64,000 nucleotides of DNA from Acidobacteriota bacterium (GTDB taxonomy: Bacteria; Acidobacteriota; UBA890; WLXD01), in assembly GCA_963666055.2 (NCBI GenBank), contig CAXWPH010000002.1:32001-96000 (forward strand), given 5' to 3'. A model generated the notes under the pieces. That model saw nothing but the letters and a program-made list of their open reading frames with translations, was not told the DNA's origin and did not search any database. Shown piece after piece: positions 23,325 to 33,591 of this stretch; position 1 is the stretch's first letter, and each line of letters starts with the position of its first letter. The position numbers and the translations under genes are program-made.

Positions 23325-25067
23325 GTGATCAGCCGCGGGCAGAGCAACAAGAAGACAGGTCGTGGCGGTGTGATCTCCCTACTGCTGCTCGCCCTGCCCT
23401 TCGCAGGCGCCGGGACGTTCGTCGGTTACCTGGCGGGTGCCAGCGTCTCGAGCTGGATCAGAGCGCAGTCGTGGGAGATGGTCCCGGCCCGCATCCTGAG
23501 CGCCAACCTCGAGGTGAGCCATGACAGCGACACCACGACGTATCGTGTCGAGGCCGTCTACGAATACGCCTATCGGGGGGAGCTGCACACCTCGGACGTC
23601 GTTCGCTTCGGCTTCGGATCTGACAACGTCGGCTCGTTCCATCAGGACAAGCACGCTGAGCTGCAGCCCTATGTGGGCTCGGATCGTCGATTCCGTTGCT
23701 TTGTCAACCCGGACGATCCGACCGAGGCCGTCCTCTATCGCGAGATGCGCTGGGGCATGCTCGGGCTCATGGTCATCTTCGCGCTGGTCTTCAGCCTGGT
23801 CGGCTACGGCCTCATGTTTGCGGCCGTCTACGGCAGTCGTCTTGTTGCGGTGGTCGACAAGCTCAAGAAGGGTAACCCGGCCGAGCCGTGGCGTTGGGAG
23901 CATGAATGGACCACCGGTCGCGTATCGTCGGGCGCCAAGGGGACCGTGATCGGTGCTGCCATCTTCGCGACTCTCTGGAACCTGATATCAGCGCCCGCTC
24001 TTTTCTTCGTTCCGACCGAAGTTGCCGACGGCAACCGTCTGGCATTGATCGCCCTCATCTTTCCTGTCATTGGTCTCCTGCTGGTGGGGTGGACGGTGCG
24101 GGCGTTCTTGCGTTGGCGCAAGTTCGGCAGCGCTACCTTCGAGCTGGCCACCAACCCGGGTGTGCTGGGCGGCTACCTCGAGGGGCTGATTCACACCAAC
24201 ATCCGCGGCAATTTGGATGAGGGCTTCGAAGTGACGTTGACCTGCACCCGCACGGTCAGCACCGGCAGCGGCGACAACCGCAGCACCCGCGACGATGTCC
24301 TGTGGCAGGACGCCGCCTTCGTGCGGCGCGGCGCCCTCGGTCTGGGGCCCGAGGGAATCACGGTTCCGGTGCGCTTCGCCATTCCCTTCGGCGCCGCTCC
24401 GGCCAGCGATCCCGGCGGCTACCAGCCGATCCACTGGACGCTGGCGGCCGAGGCCGAGATGACCGGGATGGACTTCGCCGCCGAGTTCAAGGTACCGGTA
24501 TTCAAGACCGACGACAGCGATCCCGATCTGGAGATCGAGTCGGCCGAGGCCGATCGAACGAGCCCACACGACTGGGCCGCCGAGCTCGCCGCGATGGGGA
24601 TCGAGGAGGTTACCGGGGCTGGCGGGCGTCGTTACGTCTTCCGACGCGCCCGGCACAAGGGAGTTGCCGCCGGCGTGACGGCTTTTACGGCGGTCTGGTG
24701 CGGCTTCATCTGGATGATGGTCTCGCTCGGAGCGCCGCTGGTGTTCCCGATCATGTTCGGCCTCTTCGCGGCGATCATGCTCTGGTTCCTGCTCGAACTG
24801 TGGGTCGCCGAGATCAGTGTCGAGGTTGGCAACGGAACACTCGCGTTCACCAAGCGGCTGCTCGGGCCCGGCCGCTCCAGGTCCTTCACGCGCGACCAGA
24901 TCACCGCCCTGCGACCCACCCCCGGCATGCAGGCCAACAACAAGCTCTACTACCGCATCGAGCTCGCGACGCGCACCGACGACGAGCACATCATCGCCAC
25001 TCAACTCGACAGCCAACGTCTCGCCCGCCGCCTGATCGGCGAGATGCAGGAGGCGCTCCGAGCTTGA
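23325..25067 (+). CDS. Multi-pass membrane protein with DUF3592-like domain
   Basis: TM helices, W..VPARILSA...YRVEAVYEY.Y.G..H and CFVNPDDPTEAVL pattern of DUF3592. Confidence 0.7.
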   Translation: MISRGQSNKKTGRGGVISLLLLALPFAGAGTFVGYLAGASVSSWIRAQSWEMVPARILSANLEVSHDSDTTTYRVEAVYEYAYRGELHTSDVVRFGFGSDNVGSFHQDKHAELQPYVGSDRRFRCFVNPDDPTEAVLYREMRWGMLGLMVIFALVFSLVGYGLMFAAVYGSRLVAVVDKLKKGNPAEPWRWEHEWTTGRVSSGAKGTVIGAAIFATLWNLISAPALFFVPTEVADGNRLALIALIFPVIGLLLVGWTVRAFLRWRKFGSATFELATNPGVLGGYLEGLIHTNIRGNLDEGFEVTLTCTRTVSTGSGDNRSTRDDVLWQDAAFVRRGALGLGPEGITVPVRFAIPFGAAPASDPGGYQPIHWTLAAEAEMTGMDFAAEFKVPVFKTDDSDPDLEIESAEADRTSPHDWAAELAAMGIEEVTGAGGRRYVFRRARHKGVAAGVTAFTAVWCGFIWMMVSLGAPLVFPIMFGLFAAIMLWFLLELWVAEISVEVGNGTLAFTKRLLGPGRSRSFTRDQITALRPTPGMQANNKLYYRIELATRTDDEHIIATQLDSQRLARRLIGEMQEALRA

Positions 25068-25080
25068 GCCGGAGCCTGCG

Positions 25081-26070
25081 TCAGCCGGCCGCCGCCTGGT
25101 AGGCGCTGGCGATCGCCGCCAGCGCCAGGATGTAGAAGAGGAACATGAGCCCGAGGAAGGTATTGGTCTTGCCGTCGGCGCCCTCGAACTCCTTCCAGAC
25201 GAAGATTCCCCACGCCGCCGCGACCATCGGCGCAGCCTGACCGATCGCGTACGCGATGGCTACGCCGACGAGGCTCGCGGAGACGAAGTTGAAGACCGCG
25301 CCGGTGCCCCATACGATGCCGCCCAGGAGCCCGAACGCATGGTTCGCCGGTGGCGCGGAAAAAAAGCCGGAGAAGTCGACGGGCGCACCCACGAGCGGGT
25401 TCTTCATGAAGTAGACGTTGAAGACGAAACTGCTCAGCAGCGCTGCCAGCGTGAAGAACACGGCGATGCTGTAGGGCGTCAGCGGATGCCCCGCGGTGAG
25501 CGCCCGGGTCACGAACGGGGCGAACAAGCCCATCAGCAGTCCGGAGATCACACACACCACCAGGCTTTTCCTCGACACCGCTTCGCTTGCCGACGACAGG
25601 CGCGCATAGGCCTTGCCGTCGAAGAACACGGCACCGAGCGCCAGGGCGACGCCGAGACCGAGAATCATTGGGTTCCCGACCGGCTGCAGCGCGTAGCTGA
25701 GCACGACGCCGACCACCAGCGCGATGCCGATGGCCACCGGCAGCGCGACGGCGAGGCCGGCCATCTCGATGCCGGCGACGAGGAGGAGGTTGGCGATGTT
25801 GAAGATCGTCCCGCCCAGCATGGCGTAGGCGATGTTGCTTGAGTCGGCGGACGCGACGTTCTCGAGAAAGCCCTCTCCGGCGCCACCCGTGGAGCCCAGC
25901 GTGAAGGCGTAGACGAGCGACGCGAGAAAGATGCCGAGGGCGAAGTCCCAGTAGTAGTGCTCGAACCGATAGTTCTTGGTGAGCTTGATCGTATTGGCCC
26001 ACGACCCCCAGCAGATGGTGCTCACGATCATCATCAGCATCGCCATACCGAACGTTTCCGCGACGAACAT
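25081..26070 (-). CDS. DMT-superfamily transporter (ureide permease / GRP sugar transporter-like)
   Basis: ICWGSWANT, RFEHYYWDF, GGTIFNIANLLL, AYAIGQAAPMVAAAWGIFVWKEF; AGGAGG RBS before ATG 26070. Confidence 0.8.
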   Translation of the reverse strand: MFVAETFGMAMLMMIVSTICWGSWANTIKLTKNYRFEHYYWDFALGIFLASLVYAFTLGSTGGAGEGFLENVASADSSNIAYAMLGGTIFNIANLLLVAGIEMAGLAVALPVAIGIALVVGVVLSYALQPVGNPMILGLGVALALGAVFFDGKAYARLSSASEAVSRKSLVVCVISGLLMGLFAPFVTRALTAGHPLTPYSIAVFFTLAALLSSFVFNVYFMKNPLVGAPVDFSGFFSAPPANHAFGLLGGIVWGTGAVFNFVSASLVGVAIAYAIGQAAPMVAAAWGIFVWKEFEGADGKTNTFLGLMFLFYILALAAIASAYQAAAG

Positions 26071-26404
26071 GTGCCCTCCTTCTACCAGGCTGCGGTCGCC
26101 GCTCACCGAGCGTCGACAGCGAGAATTGCGCGGAGTCTAGCCAACCTCGCCAACAGGCGCCATGTTGAGGGCCGCCACGCATGACGCAGTTGACGCCGGC
26201 GGGATAGGGCTGGGAGGGCGCGCTCCCGCCGGTACCCTGAGCAGATAAACTCGCCATTGCTTTGGCCACCGAGGTGCGGTGCTGCGAAACTCGAAGCTCG
26301 GCGCGCTTGTCGGCGTGACCGACCGGCGCCGCGACCCGAGAGCGATCGGTCGCGCGATCAACTTTCCGTCGTCGGCTAGGCGGCGACTCGAACCGAGGAC
26401 AATC

Positions 26405-29400
26405 ATGCGTAGGATCAGCCCTCTCGTCACCATGGCAACCCTCCTCGCGTTGGCGATGCCCGCCGCCGGATCTGCCGGGCAGGCGTCGCCCGCCGGGGCG
26501 CAGCAATACCTGGCGCCGCCAGAGGAGCGCAGCACGGATCGCATCGTCCTGCCGCCCTGGTTGCACGGTGTGCCCGTCGACCCCATTACCGGCTACCCGT
26601 ACGGGTACGTGGTATTCGGCCAGGAAGACGAGGAAGGCGACGACGACGAAGAGTCGCAGGACGACTGGGACAAGAAGGACCTGCCACTCGAACCGACACG
26701 CACTGTGGCATTCACCGCCACGGAGGGCTCCTGGCTATCTCTGGACGGCAGCCCCGCCGGGTCGACGGTGCTCTTCGACTTGCTCGGTGACCTCTACACC
26801 GTTCCGATGACCGGCGGAGAGGCGGTGCGAGTCACCGAAGGGATGAGCTTCGACAGCATGCCGAGCTATAGCCCCGACGGCACCGAGGTGCTGTTCGTCT
26901 CGGATCGTAGCGGCTCGGAGAACCTGTGGGTGTTGAAGCTCGATGAGGACGACGAGGACGAGCGCTTTCGCCAGGTGACCAAGGACAAGAGCAGCAACTT
27001 CGCGTCGTCCGAATGGACTCCCGACGGGAAGTACATCGTTGCCGCCAAGGCGGGGGCGGGTGTTCGTGCCCAGAAACTCTTTCTGATCCACGCCGAGAAG
27101 GGCGGCGACGGTATCCAGATCGGAGAAGCGAGCAGCTCCATACGCCAGATGGGCCCCGCGTTCGGCGACGACGATCGTTGGATCTGGTTTGCCACGCGCA
27201 CCGGAGCCTGGCAGTACAACGCGATCTTTCCGCAGTACCAGCTCGCGGTCTACGACCGTCAGACCGGTGAGGTAAGCCAACGTAGCTCACGATATGGCTC
27301 AGCATTCCGGCCGACGCTCTCGCCAGACGGAAGGTGGCTGGCCTACGGAACCAGACACGAGGACCAGACCGGACTGCGGCTGCGAGATCTCGCCACCGGC
27401 GATGAAAGCTGGTTAGCGTATCCGGTGCAGCGCGACGACCAGGAGTCCGTCGCATCGCGCGACGTGCTTCCCGGAATGTCGTTCACGCCCGACTCCGCGG
27501 CGCTGGTGGCGTCGTATGGGGGCAAGATCTGGCGTATCCCGATCGATGGTTCCGCCGCGGTGGAGATTACGTTTACCGCCGAGGTGGAGCTCGAGGCGGG
27601 ACCGAAGCTCGACTTCGACTACCCGGTCGATGATCGTCCCGAGTTCGAGGTGCGCCAGATACGCGATGCGGTGCCCTCTCCCGATGGCCGCCAGCTCGCG
27701 TTCACCGCTCTCGACCGTCTCTACGTGATGGATTGGCCGGACGGTGAGCCGCGACGATTGACCGAGTCGGACAACGTCGAAGCCATGCCCGCCTGGTCAC
27801 CCGACGGCGCCACGCTGGCGTTCGTGACCTGGGACCAGACCGACGGAGGGCATATTTGGGCGATCTCCGCCGCTGGTGGTACGGCGCGCCGGCTGACGAG
27901 AATGAACGGCACCTACACGCAGGTGCCGTGGGCGCCGGACGGCGAGCGCATCGTCGCCGTCCGGGGACCGGCGCGTGACTATCAGGAGGCCACCGGTCCG
28001 TCCTTCGGCGGGGGTGCGAGGGCCGATCTGGTATGGATTCCGGCTGGCGGCGGTGACTGGACGCGAATCGCCTCAATGAGCGGCCGTACCGCTCCACACT
28101 TCGGTGCCGATGCCGATCGCGTCTATCTGTATGCGGGTCGCGCCGGCCTGGTCTCGCTTCGTTGGGACGGCACCGATCTGAAGGAGCATCTCAAGGTCAC
28201 CGGCCCGCCGATCCCGGGGGCGGAAGGGCCGCCGCCGCCTGCCAGATGGGTGAAGATCGCGCCCACCGGCGACAAGGCGCTGGCACGCGTTGGTATGGAC
28301 CTCTATGCCATCGAGGCCATTCCACTGGTTGGCGCCGAGGCGCCATCGATCTCGATGGCGAACATCTCCGACGCACCGGTTCCGGTGCGCAAGCTCACCG
28401 ATATCGGCGGCGAATTTCCGGCGTGGAGTGCCGACGGCAATACTGTGCACTGGTCGATCGGCAACGCCCATGTGACCTACGACCTCGAGGAAGCCGAGCG
28501 TGTCGACGAGGAGCTCGAGGCCGAGAAGAAGCGCAAGGCGAAAGAGGAGAAGGAGAAGGCCGCCGCTGAGAAGGAGGCCGGCGAAGAGGGCGCAGACGTT
28601 GCCGAGGGCGACGAAGACGAAGCCGGGGAGGATGACGACGGCGCTGGCGAGGACGACGAAGACGAGGGTTATGAGCCGTTCGAGAAGCGCGTCGTGGTCA
28701 TGGCGTCGCGAGATCTTTCAACCAGCACCGTAGTGCTACGGCGCGCGCGCGTCATCACCATGAACGGCGACGAGGTGATCGACAACGCCGATATCGTGAT
28801 CGAGGGCAACCGCATCAAGGCGGTCGGGCGGCGCGGCCGCGTGCAGATCCCGGATGGCGCCGAGCGCATCGATCTGCGCGGCAAGACCATCGTGCCGGGC
28901 TTCGTCGATACACATGCCCACATGTGGCCGAACTGGGGTCTGCACAAGCAACAGGTGTGGATGTACCTCGCTAACCTGGCGTACGGGGTGACCACCACAC
29001 GTGACCCGCAGACCGCCACCACCGATGTGCTGACATACTCCGACAAGGTCGAGACTGGAGAGCTCATTGGCCCGCGCGTGTACTCGACTGGGCCAGGGGT
29101 GTTCTCGGGCGAACGCTGGCGCGACGCCGACCACGCCCGCGACGTGCTCAAGCGTTACTCCGAGTATTACCAGACCAACACCATCAAGATGTACATGTCG
29201 GGCAGCCGCCAGACCCGGCAGTGGATCATCAATGCTGCCCGTGAGCAGGAGCTCATGCCGACGACCGAAGGTGGGCTCGACCTCGAGTACAACCTGACGA
29301 TGGCGATCGACGGGTACCCGGGGCAGGAGCACTCGCTGCCGATCTATCCTCTGTACGAGGACGTCGTGCAGCTGTTCGCGCAAACCGGGATCACATACTC

Positions 29401-30008
29401 GCCAACCCTGATCGTTAGCTACGGTGGGCCGTTTGGCGAGAACTACTTTTACACTAACGAGAATCCGTACAACGATCCAAAGATCCAGCGCTTCTATCCC
29501 TATTCGGTATTGGCGTCCAAAGCGCGACGGCGAGGTACCGGGGGTGGCGGGAGCCCGGGCCCGGGCGGCTGGTTCATGGACGAGGAATACGCCTTCGAGG
29601 GCCACGCTGAGGTGCTCAGGCGCATCGTCGAGGCCGGTGGTCGTGGCGGTGTCGGCAGCCATGGCCAGTTCGACGGCCTCGGATACCACTGGGAGCTGTG
29701 GATGATCGCCTCTGGCGGTATGTCGAACCACGACGCGCTTCGGGTGGCGACGATCCACGGCGCGGAGGGTATCGGCGTTGAGAACGACCTGGGCTCGATC
29801 GAGCCGGGAAAGATCGCCGACCTGATCGTGCTCGATGCCGATCCGTTGCAGAACATTCGCAACACGAGCCGCATCCACCGGGTGATGAAGGACGGCCGCT
29901 TGTACGGACGGCGCCACCCTCGCCGAGATCTACCCGCGCCAGCGGGAGGTGCAAGGGATGTACTGGTCGGATAGCTATAGTCCCTCTTCGCCTGCGGGGA
30001 TACGCTAG
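26405..30008 (+). CDS. Large secreted amidohydrolase with TolB/PD40 repeats; +1 frameshift at about 29906 in the last ~35 codons
   Basis: Repeated P..SPDG motifs, PGFVDTHAH metal site, GSIEPGKIADL; removing one G at 29906 gives RLYDGATLAEIYPRQR... ending at TAG 30006-30008. Confidence 0.85.
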
Positions 30009-30283
30009 CAGGCCGTGGTGAAAGTGTGGTGGGTCTGGTTACGGCGAGTTGGGGCCGGATACAAGGCGGCCTGACACAGGCGATGCCCTAGCCATCGTCG
30101 AAGAAGGCCAACGCTGCAGATGGCCCCAAAATCGCGCAACCCTTCGGGCGACAGGGGGTTGCGCGCGTATGCTGCGTCGTTCCTCGTCAACGATGGGGTA
30201 ACCATCGCCTTCTCCTCTCTCCTTGCCTCCACTTCGCAAGACCCTGTCGCCAGACCCACCACACTTTCACCACGGCCTGCTAG
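30005..30283. mobile_element. Palindromic MITE-like element E2 (271 bp, 30009-30279), inverted relative to E1
   Basis: Perfect 30-bp TIR CAGGCCGTGGTGAAAGTGTGGTGGGTCTGG with CTAG on both sides; roughly 85-90% identical to E1 by manual alignment. Confidence 0.88.
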
Positions 30284-30551
30284 GAAGCCGCCAGAGTTTT
30301 CCGGTCGTTCGGCGGTGGCGACGCCTCCTCCAGCGCGACTCTTGGGTGAGCCAGGCCCAAACTCCGTAGATGATCTGGATGAGCAAGAACGGGTAGAAGG
30401 CGGCGAAGAACGCGAATTTCCCCAGCGTCCCGCAGAAGATCTTCAGGACGGGACTCACCAGAGGGTGGGTGGGCTCTTCCGGCTGGCGCACCAGCAGCCA
30501 CTCCAGCAAGCCCACAGAAATCAAGAATAGACCGATCCCGCCGACTGCCAA
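30267..30551 (-). CDS. Small hypothetical membrane protein (3' end runs into E2)
   Basis: Two hydrophobic segments and a basic tail; no recognised family. Confidence 0.4.
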   Translation of the reverse strand: MAVGGIGLFLISVGLLEWLLVRQPEEPTHPLVSPVLKIFCGTLGKFAFFAAFYPFLLIQIIYGVWAWLTQESRWRRRRHRRTTGKLWRLPSRPW

Positions 30552-30609
30552 ATATCGGGTTCTCGGAGGTAACGTGACTCCCTGAAACTCGTCCTTGCTT
30601 CACTTGTCG

Positions 30610-30643
30610 TTGACACTAGGCGCCTGATAGCTCAAGCTATCAG
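30610..30643 (+). promoter_or_regulatory. Putative TA promoter and operator
   Basis: TTGACA at 30610-30615; perfect inverted repeat CTGATAGCT-CA-AGCTATCAG (30624-30643) over the expected -10 position. Confidence 0.6.
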
Positions 30644-30664
30644 TGAACAGAGAGGAGAGGCGCC

Positions 30665-30904
30665 ATGGCCACGGCGACCGTACGAATACCGGCGGAAAAG
30701 CGAGACATCCTGAGGATCATCGCCAGCATCGAGAAGACCGAGATGAAGGAGATCCTCTCCGAGCTCATCGACGAGTACATCGAGCGGCACCAGGAAACGC
30801 TGGACCTTCTCTCGAAGCCGGGGTGGGTCGACATCATCACTCGCGGCAAGCGAGAAGTGGAGACCGGCGTCAAGGGAAAGTCTCTCGATGAGCTGGCGGA
30901 TTGA
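30665..30904 (+). CDS. Type II antitoxin (RHH-like N-terminus, RelB/YefM-like tail)
   Basis: 79 aa, TATVRIP beta strand then helices, ETLDLLS.P...I.RG..E tail; overlaps the downstream toxin. Confidence 0.75.
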   Translation: MATATVRIPAEKRDILRIIASIEKTEMKEILSELIDEYIERHQETLDLLSKPGWVDIITRGKREVETGVKGKSLDELAD

Positions 30905-31154
30905 GATCAAGCCATCCGCCGAAAAGCAGTACCTCAGGCTGGACGCGGTCACTCGTCGGCGGATCAAGGAAACACTGCGCGATCTCGAAGACACCGAGAA
31001 GCCACTGCAACACCCGCGCGTACGACCCCTGACCGGGAAGCTGAAGGGGGACTGGAGAGTGAGGGTCGGGGGCTGGCGCCTTCTCATGACTCCCGATCGC
31101 GAGTCCGAAGTGCTCTACATCTACGCCATTCTTCCCCGCGGCGACGCCTATTGA
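30888..31154 (+). CDS. Type II toxin, RelE/ParE family
   Basis: WRIEIKPSAEKQY.RLD...RRRI, PLTGKLKGDWRVRVGGWRL, ILPRGDAY. Confidence 0.88.
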   Translation: MSWRIEIKPSAEKQYLRLDAVTRRRIKETLRDLEDTEKPLQHPRVRPLTGKLKGDWRVRVGGWRLLMTPDRESEVLYIYAILPRGDAY

Positions 31155-31190
31155 TCTCCTGAGACACGATGGGCGCTGACCCATGAAACG

Positions 31191-31628
31191 ATGAACCGAA
31201 CGATGCACATCCACCGCGAGACACTCGAGCGGTCCACGCAGCCCGACACCGACATCCACGACCTCACCGAAGAGGTCCGGGCTGTAATCGAGCGCTCGGG
31301 GGTGATGGACGGCCAGGTGCTGGTGTTCACACCCGGCTCCACGGCCGGAGTCACCGTGATCGAATTCGAGAGCGGGGCGGTGGCCGATCTCGAGAGGGCG
31401 ATCGACCGGCTCGCGCCCACCGGCGAGCACTACAAGCACGACGCCCGTTGGGGAGATGGCAATGGCTATTCGCATGTGCGGGCGGCACTGCTCGGGCCGT
31501 CTGTCACGGCACCGATCGTGGACGGCCAGCCCGTTCTCGGCACCTGGCAGCAGATCATCCTGTGCGACTTCGACAACCGGCCACGGAGTCGGAAGATCGT
31601 CGTGCAGGTGACGGGAGTAGTGGCGTAA
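31191..31628 (+). CDS. yjbQ: YjbQ family protein (UPF0047)
   Basis: GSTAGVTVIE, YKHDARWGDGNGYSHVRAALLGPS, LGTWQQI..CDFD. Confidence 0.9.
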   Translation: MNRTMHIHRETLERSTQPDTDIHDLTEEVRAVIERSGVMDGQVLVFTPGSTAGVTVIEFESGAVADLERAIDRLAPTGEHYKHDARWGDGNGYSHVRAALLGPSVTAPIVDGQPVLGTWQQIILCDFDNRPRSRKIVVQVTGVVA

Positions 31629-31993
31629 GGGGCTCTGGATTCAGCGCCACAGTCAAGTTTTAGCGCTTGGCGAAGTCGATCATCCGCTCGATGGCCACGA
31701 GCGGGATTGACGCCCGTAGGCGGCTGGCGGCCGCCAGCTGGCCGTCGTCGAACCAGTCGGGGTTGAAGCGTGAACCGAAGGCAATGAGCCCAGCGAAGCG
31801 CTCGTGGTGCCTTTCGCTTAAGTGCGCGCCGGAGAAGTATGCCGAGCAGGAAACTCTCAATCACAGCTACATATTGTCATGAAAGCTGATAATGATTATT
31901 TAATTCTTTTTCAGATCAACTATTGACTTATCTATGGTCTATTGACTATTTCTAATCAAAAGAAACTACTAATAACGTTTACTACGATACAAG

Positions 31994-33043
31994 ATGATCA
32001 TCCAGCCACGAGCAGATCCGATCCGATCGATTCCCAGAGCCGCGCCCCGGCGCGTCCGGGTCGACAACCTGCGCTTGACGCAGTCGTTCGTCAACACGCT
32101 GTCGGCCGCGTACACCGGCCTGTGGATCTTCGAGCGCTCGTTGTGCCGGCTCGAGCCCGAAGTCGACCGCACCGACGAGCTCGCACAGGCGGAACACGCC
32201 ATGCAACGCATCCAAAGGTGGGAGCGCGAGACGTTGCAGGGCGAAACGCTCTCCGAGCGCCCTCTCCTGAGCGATGACGCGTCGCGCGCCTGGCGACTCC
32301 TGCATGTAGCCGAGGGGCGGATACGTTCGCTCATCGGCGAGCTGATCCAATCAAGCGACCTGAGGGTGCTAGCGGATGATCCGTTTGCGCGCAGCGTACG
32401 TATTGCGACGCACTGCGAGGCGGCCTACGCGAGCGAGGCGAGTGCCCTCGGCATGCTTCGATGGACCGAGGTCCACGCTCCGCTCGAGGCGGGTCGGTGG
32501 CGTCACCGTCTACTCACGTACCACAGGCAGGTCGAGGAGGCGGATGCGCTTCTGGAGCGTTTCAGCGATCGGAAGATCGAGCCGGACGATCGCGACCTGG
32601 CGTGCTTGCTCGATTCATCGCTGTTGCTGCCTGCCGATCTTGCCGAGCGCGTGGTCGACATCTGTCACGTATTCAGCCTCTACACGGGGGTGTTCGAGTA
32701 TGCCGATGTCGGCATCCCCGAAGCACAAAACGTCAGCTGGGAGACCGCCGGGTTCGGGCCGTACGCTGCCGGCCGCTGGTTTGCTGCCGGTCTCAACGCC
32801 CGTCACGCCATCGATTGGATGAAGGTTGGCGCCGAGGATCCGCTCGTGGCGGCCGGCTTCATGTGGCGTGGGTTTACGCCGCAGGAGGCTCAGCCCTGGT
32901 TGTCGGCATACATCGGCGGCCGCATCGCTGCCTCCTGGGCGTCCAATGGCTCCGACCCGCAGGAGGCACGTGAGTGGATTTCCCTGGGTGTTCGCGACCC
33001 TGCCGAGGTGGCACATTGGAACGGCGCGAGCCGCCTGATGTAG
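31994..33043 (+). CDS. Hypothetical protein with C-terminal ~13-residue Trp-Gly repeats
   Basis: 349-aa ORF after an AT-rich spacer; periodic W-x3-G-x2-P-x2-A repeats. Confidence 0.7.
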   Translation: MIIQPRADPIRSIPRAAPRRVRVDNLRLTQSFVNTLSAAYTGLWIFERSLCRLEPEVDRTDELAQAEHAMQRIQRWERETLQGETLSERPLLSDDASRAWRLLHVAEGRIRSLIGELIQSSDLRVLADDPFARSVRIATHCEAAYASEASALGMLRWTEVHAPLEAGRWRHRLLTYHRQVEEADALLERFSDRKIEPDDRDLACLLDSSLLLPADLAERVVDICHVFSLYTGVFEYADVGIPEAQNVSWETAGFGPYAAGRWFAAGLNARHAIDWMKVGAEDPLVAAGFMWRGFTPQEAQPWLSAYIGGRIAASWASNGSDPQEAREWISLGVRDPAEVAHWNGASRLM

Positions 33044-33129
33044 GTCTGCTGTAGGATTCGTCAGCGATTCCGCAGCGATCAGCGTACCGAGCCGGCCGCC
33101 TGTCGCCAGGCTCGCAGGGAGGCTTCACC

Positions 33130-33555
33130 ATGGCGGAAGACACCGCATTCGAGGGCGGTTGTTTCTGCGGTGCCGTTCGTTACCGAGCCCACCGACCTAT
33201 CGACGTGGCCATCTGTCATTGTCGCGATTGCCAGCATGTCAGCGGCGCGCCAATGCTTGCCTGGGTCGAGATCGACAAGGGCGATCTCGAGTGGACCGAC
33301 GGCACGCCAAGCTACTATCACCACACCTCGGATTGGCCCACACCTGTACGGCGCGCCTTCTGCAACCAGTGCGGTACTTCGTTGACCTACGAACGCGAGG
33401 GGTCGGCCGAGCTCGACGTGACCGTGGCGAGCATGGACGCGCCGGAGTCCGTTCGACCGACTCACCATGTCTATGCCAGCAGCCAGATGCCCTGGTTGCA
33501 TGTCGACGACGACATAATCGGATACCAGCGCCTGCGCACCGATCCCGACGACTAG
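33130..33555 (+). CDS. GFA (CENP-V-like) zinc-binding protein
   Basis: GGCFCGAVRY, CHCRDCQ, RAFCNQCGTSL, PTHHVY..SQMPW. Confidence 0.9.
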   Translation: MAEDTAFEGGCFCGAVRYRAHRPIDVAICHCRDCQHVSGAPMLAWVEIDKGDLEWTDGTPSYYHHTSDWPTPVRRAFCNQCGTSLTYEREGSAELDVTVASMDAPESVRPTHHVYASSQMPWLHVDDDIIGYQRLRTDPDD

Positions 33556-33567
33556 TCGTCGGGATCG
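33540..33567. repeat. Perfect 28-bp palindrome centred on the CTAG stop of the GFA gene
   Basis: CGATCCCGACGACTAGTCGTCGGGATCG equals its own reverse complement. Confidence 0.9.
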
Positions 33568-33591
33568 CCCGGTTGGGCTCGGAGGAACATT

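Noticed and set aside
23988-26566. Long alternative-frame ORFs (e.g. 23988-25016, 25001-26566, 14658-15998, 28736-29917)
   Set aside because: Arg/Gly/Ala-rich shadow ORFs overlapping well-supported genes, as expected in GC-rich DNA
28480-28670. Purine-rich GAG/GAC/AAG repeats (also 1040-1090 and 1290-1380)
   Set aside because: They encode acidic low-complexity linkers and are not independent DNA repeats
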